Source of the DNA: Acidobacteriota bacterium
GTDB lineage: Bacteria > Acidobacteriota > Terriglobia > Versatilivoradales > Versatilivoraceae
Assembly (NCBI GenBank): GCA_022821775.1
Contig: JAJECY010000223.1
Coordinates: 1-61,575 of the forward strand
Length of the DNA: 61,575 nt
Direction of reading: 5' to 3'
The notes beneath the pieces were generated by a model, which had not been told where the DNA came from, did not search any database, and saw only the letters and a list, made by a program, of their open reading frames with translations. The position numbers were made by a program, and so were the translations under genes. Numbering within the stretch: position 1 is the stretch's first letter; every line of letters starts with the position of its first letter. Positions 44,737-53,428 of this stretch are shown one piece after another.

Positions 44737-44897
44737 ATTCAGGCACGGAGCGGACCTGCCCCTCGAATTCCCTGTCCTCACTCCCGATCCATAAAACCCT
44801 TGCCGTCGAAATTCTGCAAAAGCTCACCCCATTGCAATTACCGTTGAAAGGAAGTATGCTTTCCTTGTTTCCTTACTCTCACCGCGAAGCGTAAACC

Positions 44898-45122
44898 ATG
44901 CTTGCCAAGCTGACGTCCAAGAACCAGTTGACCCTCCCCAAAGCCGTGGTCTCCGACTTCCAAGGCGCCGAGTACTTCGATGTGACCAAAGAGAACGGTC
45001 GCATCGTGCTGACACCGGTGCGTCTGAACCGCGCCGATGCCGTGCGCGCCAAGTTGGCTGAGCTCGGCCTGTCCGAGGCCGATGTGGGCGAGGCCGTGGC
45101 ATGGGCTCGCCGGGCAAAATGA
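44898..45122 (+). CDS. AbrB/MazE/SpoVT-family antitoxin
   Basis: 74 aa. The MLAKLTSKNQLTLPKAVVSDF swapped-hairpin motif is typical of AbrB-type antitoxins. The stop overlaps the next start (ATGA). Confidence 0.8.
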   Translation: MLAKLTSKNQLTLPKAVVSDFQGAEYFDVTKENGRIVLTPVRLNRADAVRAKLAELGLSEADVGEAVAWARRAK

Positions 45123-45541
45123 CCCGGCTACGCCTGGTGCTCGACACAAACGTGCTGCTGTCGGCCCTGCTGTTCCCTACCGGATCGTTGTCCTGGCTGC
45201 GTCATGCCTGGCAGTCGGAAGCCGTCCGCCCGCTGGCAAGCCGTGATACGACGGCGGAACTGCTCCGCGTGCTGCACTATCCGAAGTTCCGCCTGACCGG
45301 TGACGAACGAGAAGACCTGTTGTCCGATTACTTGCCTTGGTGCGAGACGGTTACCGTGTCGCAGCCTCCGGCCGTGCCGGAATGCCGCGATTCTTCCGAC
45401 AGGCCTTTCCTCGAACTTGCGCTGCTGGGCCAAGCCGATGCCTTGGTGACCGGCGACGGCGATCTGCTCGCCCTGGCATCGGTGTTTTCGGTTCCGATCC
45501 TCACGCCGAATGCCACAAGAGATCGATTGCGGCATGGATGA
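45119..45541 (+). CDS. PIN-domain toxin (TIGR00305-like putative TA toxin)
   Basis: ATG 45119 (MTRLRLVLDTNVLLSALLFP..). ATG 45101 is an upstream alternative. Acidic residues in contexts LDTNV, ..TTAELLRVL.., CRDSSDRPFLELA and LVTGDGDLL. Confidence 0.8.
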   Translation: MTRLRLVLDTNVLLSALLFPTGSLSWLRHAWQSEAVRPLASRDTTAELLRVLHYPKFRLTGDEREDLLSDYLPWCETVTVSQPPAVPECRDSSDRPFLELALLGQADALVTGDGDLLALASVFSVPILTPNATRDRLRHG

Positions 45542-45574
45542 GCGTTCGAAACGAGGGTTTGGCTTGAGCGATCG

Positions 45575-45599
45575 GCTGGCGGAAGCGCGCACCGCCGGC
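45575..45599. terminator. Possible bidirectional stem-loop between convergent genes
   Basis: GCTGGCGG-aagcgcgca-CCGCCGGC (7 of 8 pairs). No U-tract on either side. Confidence 0.2.
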
Positions 45600-45608
45600 A
45601 AGAGGCCC

Positions 45609-46895
45609 CTATCGCCTCTCAATCCGCCAGAAGACGCCGGTGACGGTCGCCGTGCCGGCGGCGATGCTCCCGTGGAGATAGGGGGTCAGGAACCGGTCCC
45701 GGGACAGTTCCAGGGTGGGGGCGGTGAAGGAGTGGCCGGGAGGCTTGGGAACCAGTTCGAACCGGGTGGACTGGTTCATCCGGGTCGTCCCTGAAGGGGA
45801 CCCGTCCGCCCAGGTCTTGCCTCCGTCCAGGCTGATCCGTGCGAAGAGAGCCCCGTAACTCGGGCTCCAATTGCCCGCCTGGTGGGTCACCACCACCACG
45901 TTGTTCTCCGTCCAAAGAATGGTTCCCCGGTGCTCGTAGTAACCGGTGAGGCTCCCGGGCACCTCCCGGAAGGTGCGGCCGCGGTCGTGGGATTCCAGCA
46001 AGAGTCCGTTCTTGTAGATGGAGGGCTCGTGGGAGGGCACATCGGCAGGGCTTCCGGTTTTCTCCAGCGTGCTCTTTCGATCTTCACCAGCCAGCAGCGG
46101 CCTCTGGATGCGGGTCATGGCCAGCAGATGGTCCGGATCGAAGGGGTCGGCCGCCAGACCGACTTCACAGACGAAGGGATGCATCAGGGTGGGGTCTCCC
46201 CAGCTTGCGCCGCCGTCGGTGCTTCGAATCAGAAACAGACCCCCGATGTCGGCGTCCGGACGAACCAGGCCGTCCTGCATGAGGTTGGAGTTCTGGTAGT
46301 ACCAGGGAAGATAGCGGGCGCCCACGCCCAGCATCAGGGTGCCGTCGGGACTTTCCAGGAAGGTGTTGTAGTCGTCTCCCACCCAGTCGTAGGGCTGCTT
46401 TGAAGACGGGGCCAGAGCGGCGCCGTCCACCAGGGCGGCCGTCCAGCTCCGGCCCCGGTCCGCCGAATAGGAAACCGAAACCGCATCCTGTGCCTTCGGA
46501 CCGGCCAGCCACAGGCGGCCGTCCCGGGTGACCCCCAGGGCAAAGGCATTCTCCGCCTCGATCGCCTTCCAGGTCCGGCCATTGTCGCTGCTCCTCACCA
46601 GCCCGCGGGTCTGCGTGTTGACAAAGATCGACCCGTCGGGGTGCCGCACGATTCCCAGCATCCCCCGCCCCTGACCGCTTCCCGGGGGAACGATCTGCAC
46701 CTCCCCCTCGATCTCGACCCGGACCCGATGGTCCTCCACCCGGGGGCGGCAGCCCGCACCGGCGGCGCCCACGACCGCGATCAGTCCAAGAAGGACTCCG
46801 CACTTCACCAATGCAGGAATCAGCCGAGACCTATTGGTGGTGCCGATTGTTGACCGGCGAGTCTTAACCCACCTTGGTTGGATCCTTTGTTTCAT
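45609..46895 (-). CDS. BNR/Asp-box repeat protein (sialidase-like beta-propeller), exported
   Basis: ATG 46895 (MKQRIQPRW..LLGLIAVVGAAGAGC) is preferred to the track start 47186. Asp-boxes SSDNGRTW, SADRGRSW, STDGGASW, SHDRGRTF and SLDGGKTW. Confidence 0.8.
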   Translation of the reverse strand: MKQRIQPRWVKTRRSTIGTTNRSRLIPALVKCGVLLGLIAVVGAAGAGCRPRVEDHRVRVEIEGEVQIVPPGSGQGRGMLGIVRHPDGSIFVNTQTRGLVRSSDNGRTWKAIEAENAFALGVTRDGRLWLAGPKAQDAVSVSYSADRGRSWTAALVDGAALAPSSKQPYDWVGDDYNTFLESPDGTLMLGVGARYLPWYYQNSNLMQDGLVRPDADIGGLFLIRSTDGGASWGDPTLMHPFVCEVGLAADPFDPDHLLAMTRIQRPLLAGEDRKSTLEKTGSPADVPSHEPSIYKNGLLLESHDRGRTFREVPGSLTGYYEHRGTILWTENNVVVVTHQAGNWSPSYGALFARISLDGGKTWADGSPSGTTRMNQSTRFELVPKPPGHSFTAPTLELSRDRFLTPYLHGSIAAGTATVTGVFWRIERR

Positions 46896-47079
46896 GAGTG
46901 TCCCCTTGTGCAGATGTCCTGGGTGGCATATGCCGCAACGGAGTTGAAGGCAACAGCAGAGTAGAGGCGGCCATCTCCTTAGTAACGACCTCGCAGACAA
47001 CGACGTGCCCTTACCTGAGGCTGCTTGGTTGACCGGTCGGGTGAGGCGGGAAAAAGGCCGTTGTGAAAGGGGATGAACC

Positions 47080-47646
47080 ATGAAACCGATACCCAGTGAA
47101 AGTTTAGCGGTTCTGATGGTTGTCGGACTGGCTTTGATGTTTCCCGAGTCTTGGGTGCTTGGCCAGGACCCCTCCGAGAATGACAAACCCGGCTTTGGAC
47201 GGTTTTACCTGGTCGGAGGTAACAGAAGTTTAGGATGGGGAGTGAGCCACAGCAAGTACAAGGGGCCCTATGCCGGAATCGAAATGGTGTGGAATCCAAG
47301 CCCGAATCCACCGAGCGAATTCGAGTCCGAGACGGAGATCAACTTTCCGATTGGCTATTCCTTTCCTTTGTCGTCCCGTGTCACCTGGACACCCTACGGG
47401 CTGCTTGGCTATGCCATGAGCTCCAAGTGCATAGACCGCGTGCCGGGGTCCTGCAGAATTTTCATGCCCGATGAGTATCCGGAACATCGGTTCTCCGACG
47501 GTCTGCTCGATTACAGGGAGGCCACCCATTTTAACGGCGGAGGCGGCATGGAGTTTGCCTTCAGGGGGAAAAAGCACGGCTTCTCGATAGGCGTCAGAGC
47601 CACCAGGCGTAGCGGCTTCTCCATGATATTCGGAATCACCTTCTAG
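47080..47646 (+). CDS. Small exported beta-barrel-like protein, tandem paralogue 1
   Basis: 188 aa with signal peptide LAVLMVVGLALMFPESWVLG. Alternating hydrophobic pattern, conserved Cys pair (KCIDRVPGSCR), C-terminal ..SMIFGITF (aromatic terminus as in OMPs). Confidence 0.6.
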   Translation: MKPIPSESLAVLMVVGLALMFPESWVLGQDPSENDKPGFGRFYLVGGNRSLGWGVSHSKYKGPYAGIEMVWNPSPNPPSEFESETEINFPIGYSFPLSSRVTWTPYGLLGYAMSSKCIDRVPGSCRIFMPDEYPEHRFSDGLLDYREATHFNGGGGMEFAFRGKKHGFSIGVRATRRSGFSMIFGITF

Positions 47647-47710
47647 CCAGGCGACACTTCAGACCGGCCAGCAATGAAGGGGGAAAAGGACGTTGTGGAG
47701 GGGGTGAACG

Positions 47711-48274
47711 ATGAATCTGAGACTCAGCAGAAGTTCCGCAATTCTGATTGTTTCAGGACTGGCTCTGGTGTTTCCCGAGTCTTGGGCGCTCGGCCAGGAC
47801 GCGTCTGAGAAGGGCAAACCCGGCTTTGCGCACGCTTACTTGATCGGAGGTAGCAGAAGTATTGGATTGGGCGCGGGTATCGGGAGGCGTAAAGGGCTCT
47901 ATCTTGGAATGGAGTTGGCGTTGAGCAAGCCGAAACCACCTTCCGATTTTGAATCCGAGTTGGAGATGAACTTTCCCATTGGCGTTTCCATCCCGTTGTC
48001 CTCCCGTGTCACCTGGACTACCTATGGGCTGGTTGGCTGGGCCGGGAGCGCCAGGTGCGTGGACCGCATACCGGGTGCCTGCAGAAGATTCAATCCCGGA
48101 GAGAATCCGGAACAAGCCTTCTCCGACAGTTTTATCGATTACCAGACGGCCGATCATTTGAATTCCGGAGGCGGGATGCTGTTCGCCATTAAGGGGAAAA
48201 AAGCCGGCTACACCATAGGCGTCAGATATACCACGCGCAGCAGTTTGTCCGTGACATTCGGATTCACTCGGTAG
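47711..48274 (+). CDS. Small exported beta-barrel-like protein, tandem paralogue 2
   Basis: 187 aa, collinear with paralogue 1 and more than half identical by eye. Same Cys pair (RCVDRIPGACR). Ends ..VTFGFTR. Confidence 0.6.
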   Translation: MNLRLSRSSAILIVSGLALVFPESWALGQDASEKGKPGFAHAYLIGGSRSIGLGAGIGRRKGLYLGMELALSKPKPPSDFESELEMNFPIGVSIPLSSRVTWTTYGLVGWAGSARCVDRIPGACRRFNPGENPEQAFSDSFIDYQTADHLNSGGGMLFAIKGKKAGYTIGVRYTTRSSLSVTFGFTR

Positions 48275-48330
48275 CGGGGCGCCCCCTTGGTCCGGCCGGA
48301 AATGAAGGGCAAAAAGATGCTCACGAAGTG

Positions 48331-49893
48331 TCAGAAAAACCGAAACGAATAGAGCCGGGCCTGCTGCAGGGTGAACCTCAGTTGAATGACCTGTCCCTGC
48401 AGGTGGCCAAGGCTTTCCTTGCCGTTCCAGCGCACCACCTGCCGGGTTTCATCGAAACGCTCCATCAGACAATCGACCTTGCCATACCCCTTCAGGGGAT
48501 GGCCGTCATTTCCGAGGATCTCAACCTGGACCCGTCCTTGCGCGGCGGCGGCGTTGATGGTCAGGCGTTCCCCTTCGAAGGTAAGGGGCCTGGTGGTGAG
48601 GCTTCCCTCGGCCGATCCGGCCTGGAGCGACACGAATCCATCCATCCTGAGCTTGGCCAGGCCGATGCCGTTGGTCGTGCGTGAGACCCCCGGCGGAAGT
48701 TCGTGATTGTGATCCACCCCGAAGCCGGTGTAGTAGATCCAGATTTCGTCTCCCACCAGCAGCGGCCCCTGCAGGGGATAGATACTGCCCCAGTCGAAGT
48801 CTCCCGGTCGTTGGGAAAGCGGCAGGAACACCTGGCGGTCGCCGGCCCGCAGCCAGTGCCTGCCGTCCCGGCTGTAGGTGAGCTGCACCGCTCCCCGGCA
48901 ATACTCGGGGTCGTAGCTGAAGACCGTCATCAGCCCCAGGCGCAGCCCCTCGTAGGCCAGCACCTCCATGTTGTAGAACTGGTCCCGATTGAGGGGGTCT
49001 TGGGCGTCTGCTCCCAGGATGGGGCGGTAGTCGGTCCAGTGAATGAAATCCTTGCTGACCGCCTGTCCCACTCGACGCAGGCTGTGATTGCGGGGGTGGC
49101 GCTCGCGCCTGGGGTCCCAGAGCCGCCGCCAGGTTTCGACCGCCTCCGGGTCGGTGGTCAAGCGGGGCCGAACTTCCGCGATGCGTCCGGTGCGATCTCG
49201 CACGATGGCCACGTACTTGCCGAGGAACTCGTCCCAGTAGGGCACCATGTGGCTGTCGTGGCCGGGTGGGATGAACAGCACCGGGCGCCCTTCGTTGTAT
49301 GGGGTCCAGTTCAAGCCGTCGGCGGAGTGAGAGGCGTAGACCTTGTAGCCCTGCCACATGTGCAGCATCTTGTACCGCCGGTCGGGATCGGGTTCCCTTT
49401 CGTCGAGGAAGACACCGCTGGTCACCCCGCTGTGGGGCATCACGATGTTGTTGCGCTTGCTGCCGTCCGATTCCACCATTCCCAGCACGGGCTTTCGCCA
49501 ACGGATCCCGTCCCGGCTGGTGGCGTAGCAGAGCCGGGCCAGCTCGTCCCCTCCCTCTCCGGGGTGGAGGCTGTACCAGATCTTGAACAGGCCCTCCCGC
49601 TGATCGTAGACGACGCTGGAAAAACCGATGAACATGCCGGCGTCCCAGGCGGTGCTCTCCTTGGGGACACGGGAAAGAAGGGGGTTGCCGGGGACCCTTT
49701 CCGGTTGGTGCAGCACGCGGGAAAGCCCGGTCATGGACCGGATGAGGGTGTCGTCGAGGAAGAGTTGCCGCCGGCTGCCCAGGGCCGGCGGGTCATCGGG
49801 GGCGGTGACGGGCGCCGGGGCACAGGCCGGAAAGGGGCTGACGGCCAGAAGGAGCAGGGCCCCGCCGAGGGTCCACGGCTGCTTGAGCGTCAC
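48331..49893 (-). CDS. Exported glycoside-hydrolase-like five-bladed beta-propeller protein with a C-terminal beta-sandwich (GH32/43/130-like, unassigned)
   Basis: 520 aa with signal peptide ..LLLLAVSPFPACA. RRQLFLDDTLI..GNPLL..WDAGMF..FKIWYS..ATSRDGIRW..SADGLNW.. pattern, and C-terminal ..GFVSL..LTTRPLTFEG..LTINA..VQVEIL... Confidence 0.65.
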   Translation of the reverse strand: MTLKQPWTLGGALLLLAVSPFPACAPAPVTAPDDPPALGSRRQLFLDDTLIRSMTGLSRVLHQPERVPGNPLLSRVPKESTAWDAGMFIGFSSVVYDQREGLFKIWYSLHPGEGGDELARLCYATSRDGIRWRKPVLGMVESDGSKRNNIVMPHSGVTSGVFLDEREPDPDRRYKMLHMWQGYKVYASHSADGLNWTPYNEGRPVLFIPPGHDSHMVPYWDEFLGKYVAIVRDRTGRIAEVRPRLTTDPEAVETWRRLWDPRRERHPRNHSLRRVGQAVSKDFIHWTDYRPILGADAQDPLNRDQFYNMEVLAYEGLRLGLMTVFSYDPEYCRGAVQLTYSRDGRHWLRAGDRQVFLPLSQRPGDFDWGSIYPLQGPLLVGDEIWIYYTGFGVDHNHELPPGVSRTTNGIGLAKLRMDGFVSLQAGSAEGSLTTRPLTFEGERLTINAAAAQGRVQVEILGNDGHPLKGYGKVDCLMERFDETRQVVRWNGKESLGHLQGQVIQLRFTLQQARLYSFRFF

Positions 49894-49897
49894 GGGG

Positions 49898-50188
49898 TCA
49901 CCCGTTTCCCTGTCCGGGGCCCTTCCGCCTCCGGCTCCTGAGGCTCCTCACCGAGAAGAGAATGAGGGTGGTTGAGAGCACCAGGCCGATCGCCAACCCG
50001 GAGAGGAGGCCGTTGCCGAACAGAAGATCGCTCCAGAGCTCCCCGTTGTGCAGGCCCACCAGCCAATCCTTGGTCCGTTCGGAATACCAGCCCTCGCTTC
50101 CGTCCTGGGGACGGAAGTAGAGAACCATCCCGCTGAGCGCCGTCAGGCAGAAATGGACCGCCGTGAAGCGGTAGAACCAGATTTTCAT
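49898..50188 (-). CDS. Small membrane protein (PepSY-TM-like helices), hypothetical
   Basis: 96 aa. FTAVHFCLTALSGMVLYF and LLSGLAIGLVLSTTLILF hydrophobic helices with LHNGELW between them. Only 4 nt from the downstream gene start. Confidence 0.45.
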   Translation of the reverse strand: MKIWFYRFTAVHFCLTALSGMVLYFRPQDGSEGWYSERTKDWLVGLHNGELWSDLLFGNGLLSGLAIGLVLSTTLILFSVRSLRSRRRKGPGQGNG

Positions 50189-50245
50189 CCCGTTCAGCTC
50201 CCAGGTGACTCCGGCCTCCGCCGAGTGGATTGGAAGTAAGACAGT

Positions 50246-51079
50246 TCAGCTCGACGGCAGGCTGAGCAACTCTTCGGGGACCTCCAGGTCGACGCCCTCC
50301 TCCGGGGCCGGCAATCGCAGCGCCCACAGCACGGCCTGGACCGCCAGCCGGCGGTAGGGCTCCAGGCGCCAGTTCCTGTGGAAGTGCAGGCCGCTGAAGC
50401 CGAACGAGCGTCCCCCGTCGCCGCGTTCCCAGGCCCAGGCCACGGTCTCCCGTTTCTCCTCGATGTCCGCCTGCACCAGGGGGAAGATGCTCGAGATGGG
50501 CTGCACGAACTTGAGGCGGTAGTAGAACTCGTCGTGCACGGTAAAGTCGGTAATGCCGCGGGTGACCGGGTGGTTGGGCGCCGGGATCCTGGCCGTCACC
50601 TCCAGGGTGTCGTGCTTGCGGTCCGGTCCGCCGTGGCAGCCGCCGAACAGCTTGACGAAGGCGGCGATGTTCTTTGCCTCGACCGTGCCCATGCCCCAGT
50701 GCAGCACCACCATTGCCCCGCCCTTGCGGGCGAATCGCTGCATGGCCGCCAGGCGTTCGGGGTCGTTGCTCAGCCACTTGGCCCCCTGCGAAACGAAGAG
50801 CACCAGGCCGTCGGCCGAGTCCAGCAGGGCCGGACCTTCGCTCCAGGGCTCGTCGGCCGCCACCACCACCGCCTCCAGGTCCGGAAACTGGTTCAGGCAG
50901 TGATTCAGGATCCGCACGCCGGGCAGAAACTCGTGGGTTCCTGGGGGATGGCCGTCCGGCCCCTGGCCGATCAGCAGCAGGCGGGTTTTGCCGGAATCGG
51001 CCGGTTCCTCGGCGCCACAACCCGTAGCCGCCACCAGCAAGGCCGCCACCAGGCAGAGGTGAAGTCTTGAATGACGCAT
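50246..51079 (-). CDS. ThuA-domain protein, lipoprotein
   Basis: ATG 51079 (MRHSRLHLCLVAALLVAATGC) is preferred to the track start 51181. ..LLLIGQGPDGHPPGTHEF..GLVLFVS..MVVLHWG..HPVTRGI..DEFYY.. resembles ThuA-like type-1 glutamine-amidotransferase-fold proteins. Confidence 0.7.
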   Translation of the reverse strand: MRHSRLHLCLVAALLVAATGCGAEEPADSGKTRLLLIGQGPDGHPPGTHEFLPGVRILNHCLNQFPDLEAVVVAADEPWSEGPALLDSADGLVLFVSQGAKWLSNDPERLAAMQRFARKGGAMVVLHWGMGTVEAKNIAAFVKLFGGCHGGPDRKHDTLEVTARIPAPNHPVTRGITDFTVHDEFYYRLKFVQPISSIFPLVQADIEEKRETVAWAWERGDGGRSFGFSGLHFHRNWRLEPYRRLAVQAVLWALRLPAPEEGVDLEVPEELLSLPSS

Positions 51080-51392
51080 GGATGCAATCCTCAGGGAAAC
51101 CGGGAGAGCCGCGCCCGATTCGAACCCGGCGGGACCGGGAGGGCACCCCAGCCCGCAATTCTCACCAGGACGCGGTTGCAATGTTGGAGACTGTGTATTT
51201 TCAAACCGTTATGGGTCCTTTTGGGGGATGGCAAGAAAAACAGACGGTGCTGGGCATGCCCTGGCTGGTCTTTTTTCCTCCAGCGCGCACATGCTCCCTC
51301 GACCGTAGAAACCGCTACGCTCTTCGGTCGCGAGCACGCCCTGGAGAAAAAAATCCTGCGCCATGATCATGCCCCCTGGTGAGAAATGCGGG

Positions 51393-52415
51393 CTAGAAGT
51401 CGTAGTCGTCGATGTTGTCGCCGTCGAAAATGAGCGGCGGGCCCAGCAGGACCTCTCCATCCCGCACCTCCACTCCCTTGAGCCTGCCGAAGTCGTAACG
51501 TCCCGGAGGCAGCGGGCCCTGCTTGAGCCGGTGGGCCACCCGAATGGTCAGATAACCCAGATCCACCGGGTCCCACAGGCAGAACTCGCGGACCGTGCCG
51601 TCCTTGACAAATTCCCGCATCTGCTCGGGCATGCCCAGTCCGGTTACCTCGATCCGACCGATCTTGTTGGCGTCGCGCACGGCCTTGGCCACGGCGGGGA
51701 AGGAGACGGAAGTGATGCCCCAGATGCCTTTCAGATCCGGGTAGGCGCTGAGGGCTTCGGCAGTCTGCTCCTGGCATTTCTGCTGGTCCTCCCCGGGGGT
51801 CAGATGCTGGAGCAGTTGCATTTCGGGATATTTCTCCCGAATCCGCTCCCGCATGTATTTCATCCAGGTGTTCTGGTTGGAGGCCGTGGGAGTGCCGCTG
51901 ACGATGAGGTAGTCGCCCGGCAGGGAAGCGCCCTGAGCCCGGACCCCTTCGGCCATGATGTCGACCAGGGTGTGGCCGATCGCCCGATTGGGGGCCTGGT
52001 TCACGAAGACGGAGCGCCGCGAGAGCTCGGGATTGGCATCGGTGTCCCAGGTCAGGACCAGGGCGCCGCTCTCCCCGGCGCTGCGCAGCGTCCGTGATAT
52101 GGCTTCGGGGTCGTTGGGAGCCACCGCAATCACGTCGAATCCCTGGGCCATCCACCCGTCGATCATCTTGATCTGGTCCTCGGTGCGGGCGTCGGTGGGA
52201 CCGTCATAGACGAGCTCGACCTCCAACTCACCGGCAGCTTCCCGGGCGCCCTGCTCGGTCGCTTCGAAATAACCGATCCCCACCAGCTTGGGGATCATGG
52301 CGATCCGCAGTGCTTCGTCCCCTTCGGGTCCGGCGCAGCGAAACCCCAGGGCAGACAGCAGGACCAGCAGCATCAGGCCTCCGTTCCACCCGCCACCGCC
52401 GTTTCCGTGCTTCAT
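51393..52415 (-). CDS. Sugar ABC transporter substrate-binding protein (RhaS/LsrB-like)
   Basis: ATG 52415 (MKHGNGG..LMLLVLLSALG..). IAMIPKLVGIGYFEATEQGAREAAGEL..DGPTDARTEDQIKMID..DVIAVAPNDPEAI..VLTWDTDANPELSRRSVFVNQA matches periplasmic-binding-protein type I rhamnose/AI-2 binders. Confidence 0.8.
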   Translation of the reverse strand: MKHGNGGGGWNGGLMLLVLLSALGFRCAGPEGDEALRIAMIPKLVGIGYFEATEQGAREAAGELEVELVYDGPTDARTEDQIKMIDGWMAQGFDVIAVAPNDPEAISRTLRSAGESGALVLTWDTDANPELSRRSVFVNQAPNRAIGHTLVDIMAEGVRAQGASLPGDYLIVSGTPTASNQNTWMKYMRERIREKYPEMQLLQHLTPGEDQQKCQEQTAEALSAYPDLKGIWGITSVSFPAVAKAVRDANKIGRIEVTGLGMPEQMREFVKDGTVREFCLWDPVDLGYLTIRVAHRLKQGPLPPGRYDFGRLKGVEVRDGEVLLGPPLIFDGDNIDDYDF

Positions 52416-52444
52416 TGCTCGCCCTTCTCTCCTGCTTTGCAAGG

Positions 52445-53428
52445 TTAGCCCTCCTTCTGGCTCCGCTGGTTCCAGACGGCAACCAGGATCAGCAGGATGC
52501 CGATGGCAATCAGCCGGGACTCGGCGGTCAGCCAGACCAGACGGGAGCTGAGAAACTGAAGCCCCACGTCCAGATGGGAGATCACGGCCAGCCCCAGCAG
52601 CGAGCGAAGCACGCTGCCGCGCCCGCCGGTGATCAGGGTGCCTCCCACCACCACGCAGGCAATGACCTGCAGCTCGGTGCCGATGTGGGCGTCCGGAATG
52701 GCGGCGTCGTGCCGCATGGCTCCCAGAACAGCCACCGAGGCGGCCACCAGACCGTTGATAGTATACAGAACCCCTTCGACTTTGTTGACGGGAACGGCGG
52801 CAAAGCGGGCGGCCTGGCGGTTGTCTCCCATGGCGAAGCACCAGCGCCCGAAGCGGCTGTGATGCACCAGCAGGACCATGCCCAGGAAGACCAGCCCGGC
52901 CAGCCAGAACTGGCTCGGGATTCCCAGCAGCCGTCCCATGTCCAGGAAGGATTGCGGGAAGCCGGTGATGCGGTCGCCGCCGGCGACGGTGATGGCCAGG
53001 CCCCGATAGAGAGCCATGGTGGCCAGGGTGGCCACCAGCGGAGAGAGGCCGGCAACCACCAGCAGGCCGTTCAAGCCCCCGGCCAGAGCTCCGGCCAGCA
53101 GGGCGCCGCCGGCCGCGGCTTGAATGGACCAGCCCCAATCCTGCCACAGCACGGCCTGAACCATGCCGGTGAGGGCCACCATGGACCCCACCGAGAGATC
53201 GATGCCGCCGGTGAGGATGATGGCCGTCATGACGAAGGCAAGGACTCCCACCTCGATCCAAGGAACCCAGACCTCCACCAGCAGCGCCGGCCGCCGGACC
53301 TGGGAGAAGACCAGCAGCAGGGCCAGGGCCAGCAGAACCCAGGGAAGCAGGCCGAAAATATGGTGGTTGGAGCGCCTGCCCGGGAGGACGGTGTCCGCCC
53401 CCGCGCTCACCCTTTCAAGCCGGCTCAT
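52445..53428 (-). CDS. Sugar ABC transporter permease (RbsC/RhaQ-like)
   Basis: ATG 53428 (MSRLERV..) overlaps the upstream stop (ATGA). ..ILTGGIDLSVGSM.., ..FAMGDNRQAARFAAVPVNK.., ..GGTLITGGRGSV.. blocks are typical of the family. Confidence 0.85.
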   Translation of the reverse strand: MSRLERVSAGADTVLPGRRSNHHIFGLLPWVLLALALLLVFSQVRRPALLVEVWVPWIEVGVLAFVMTAIILTGGIDLSVGSMVALTGMVQAVLWQDWGWSIQAAAGGALLAGALAGGLNGLLVVAGLSPLVATLATMALYRGLAITVAGGDRITGFPQSFLDMGRLLGIPSQFWLAGLVFLGMVLLVHHSRFGRWCFAMGDNRQAARFAAVPVNKVEGVLYTINGLVAASVAVLGAMRHDAAIPDAHIGTELQVIACVVVGGTLITGGRGSVLRSLLGLAVISHLDVGLQFLSSRLVWLTAESRLIAIGILLILVAVWNQRSQKEG

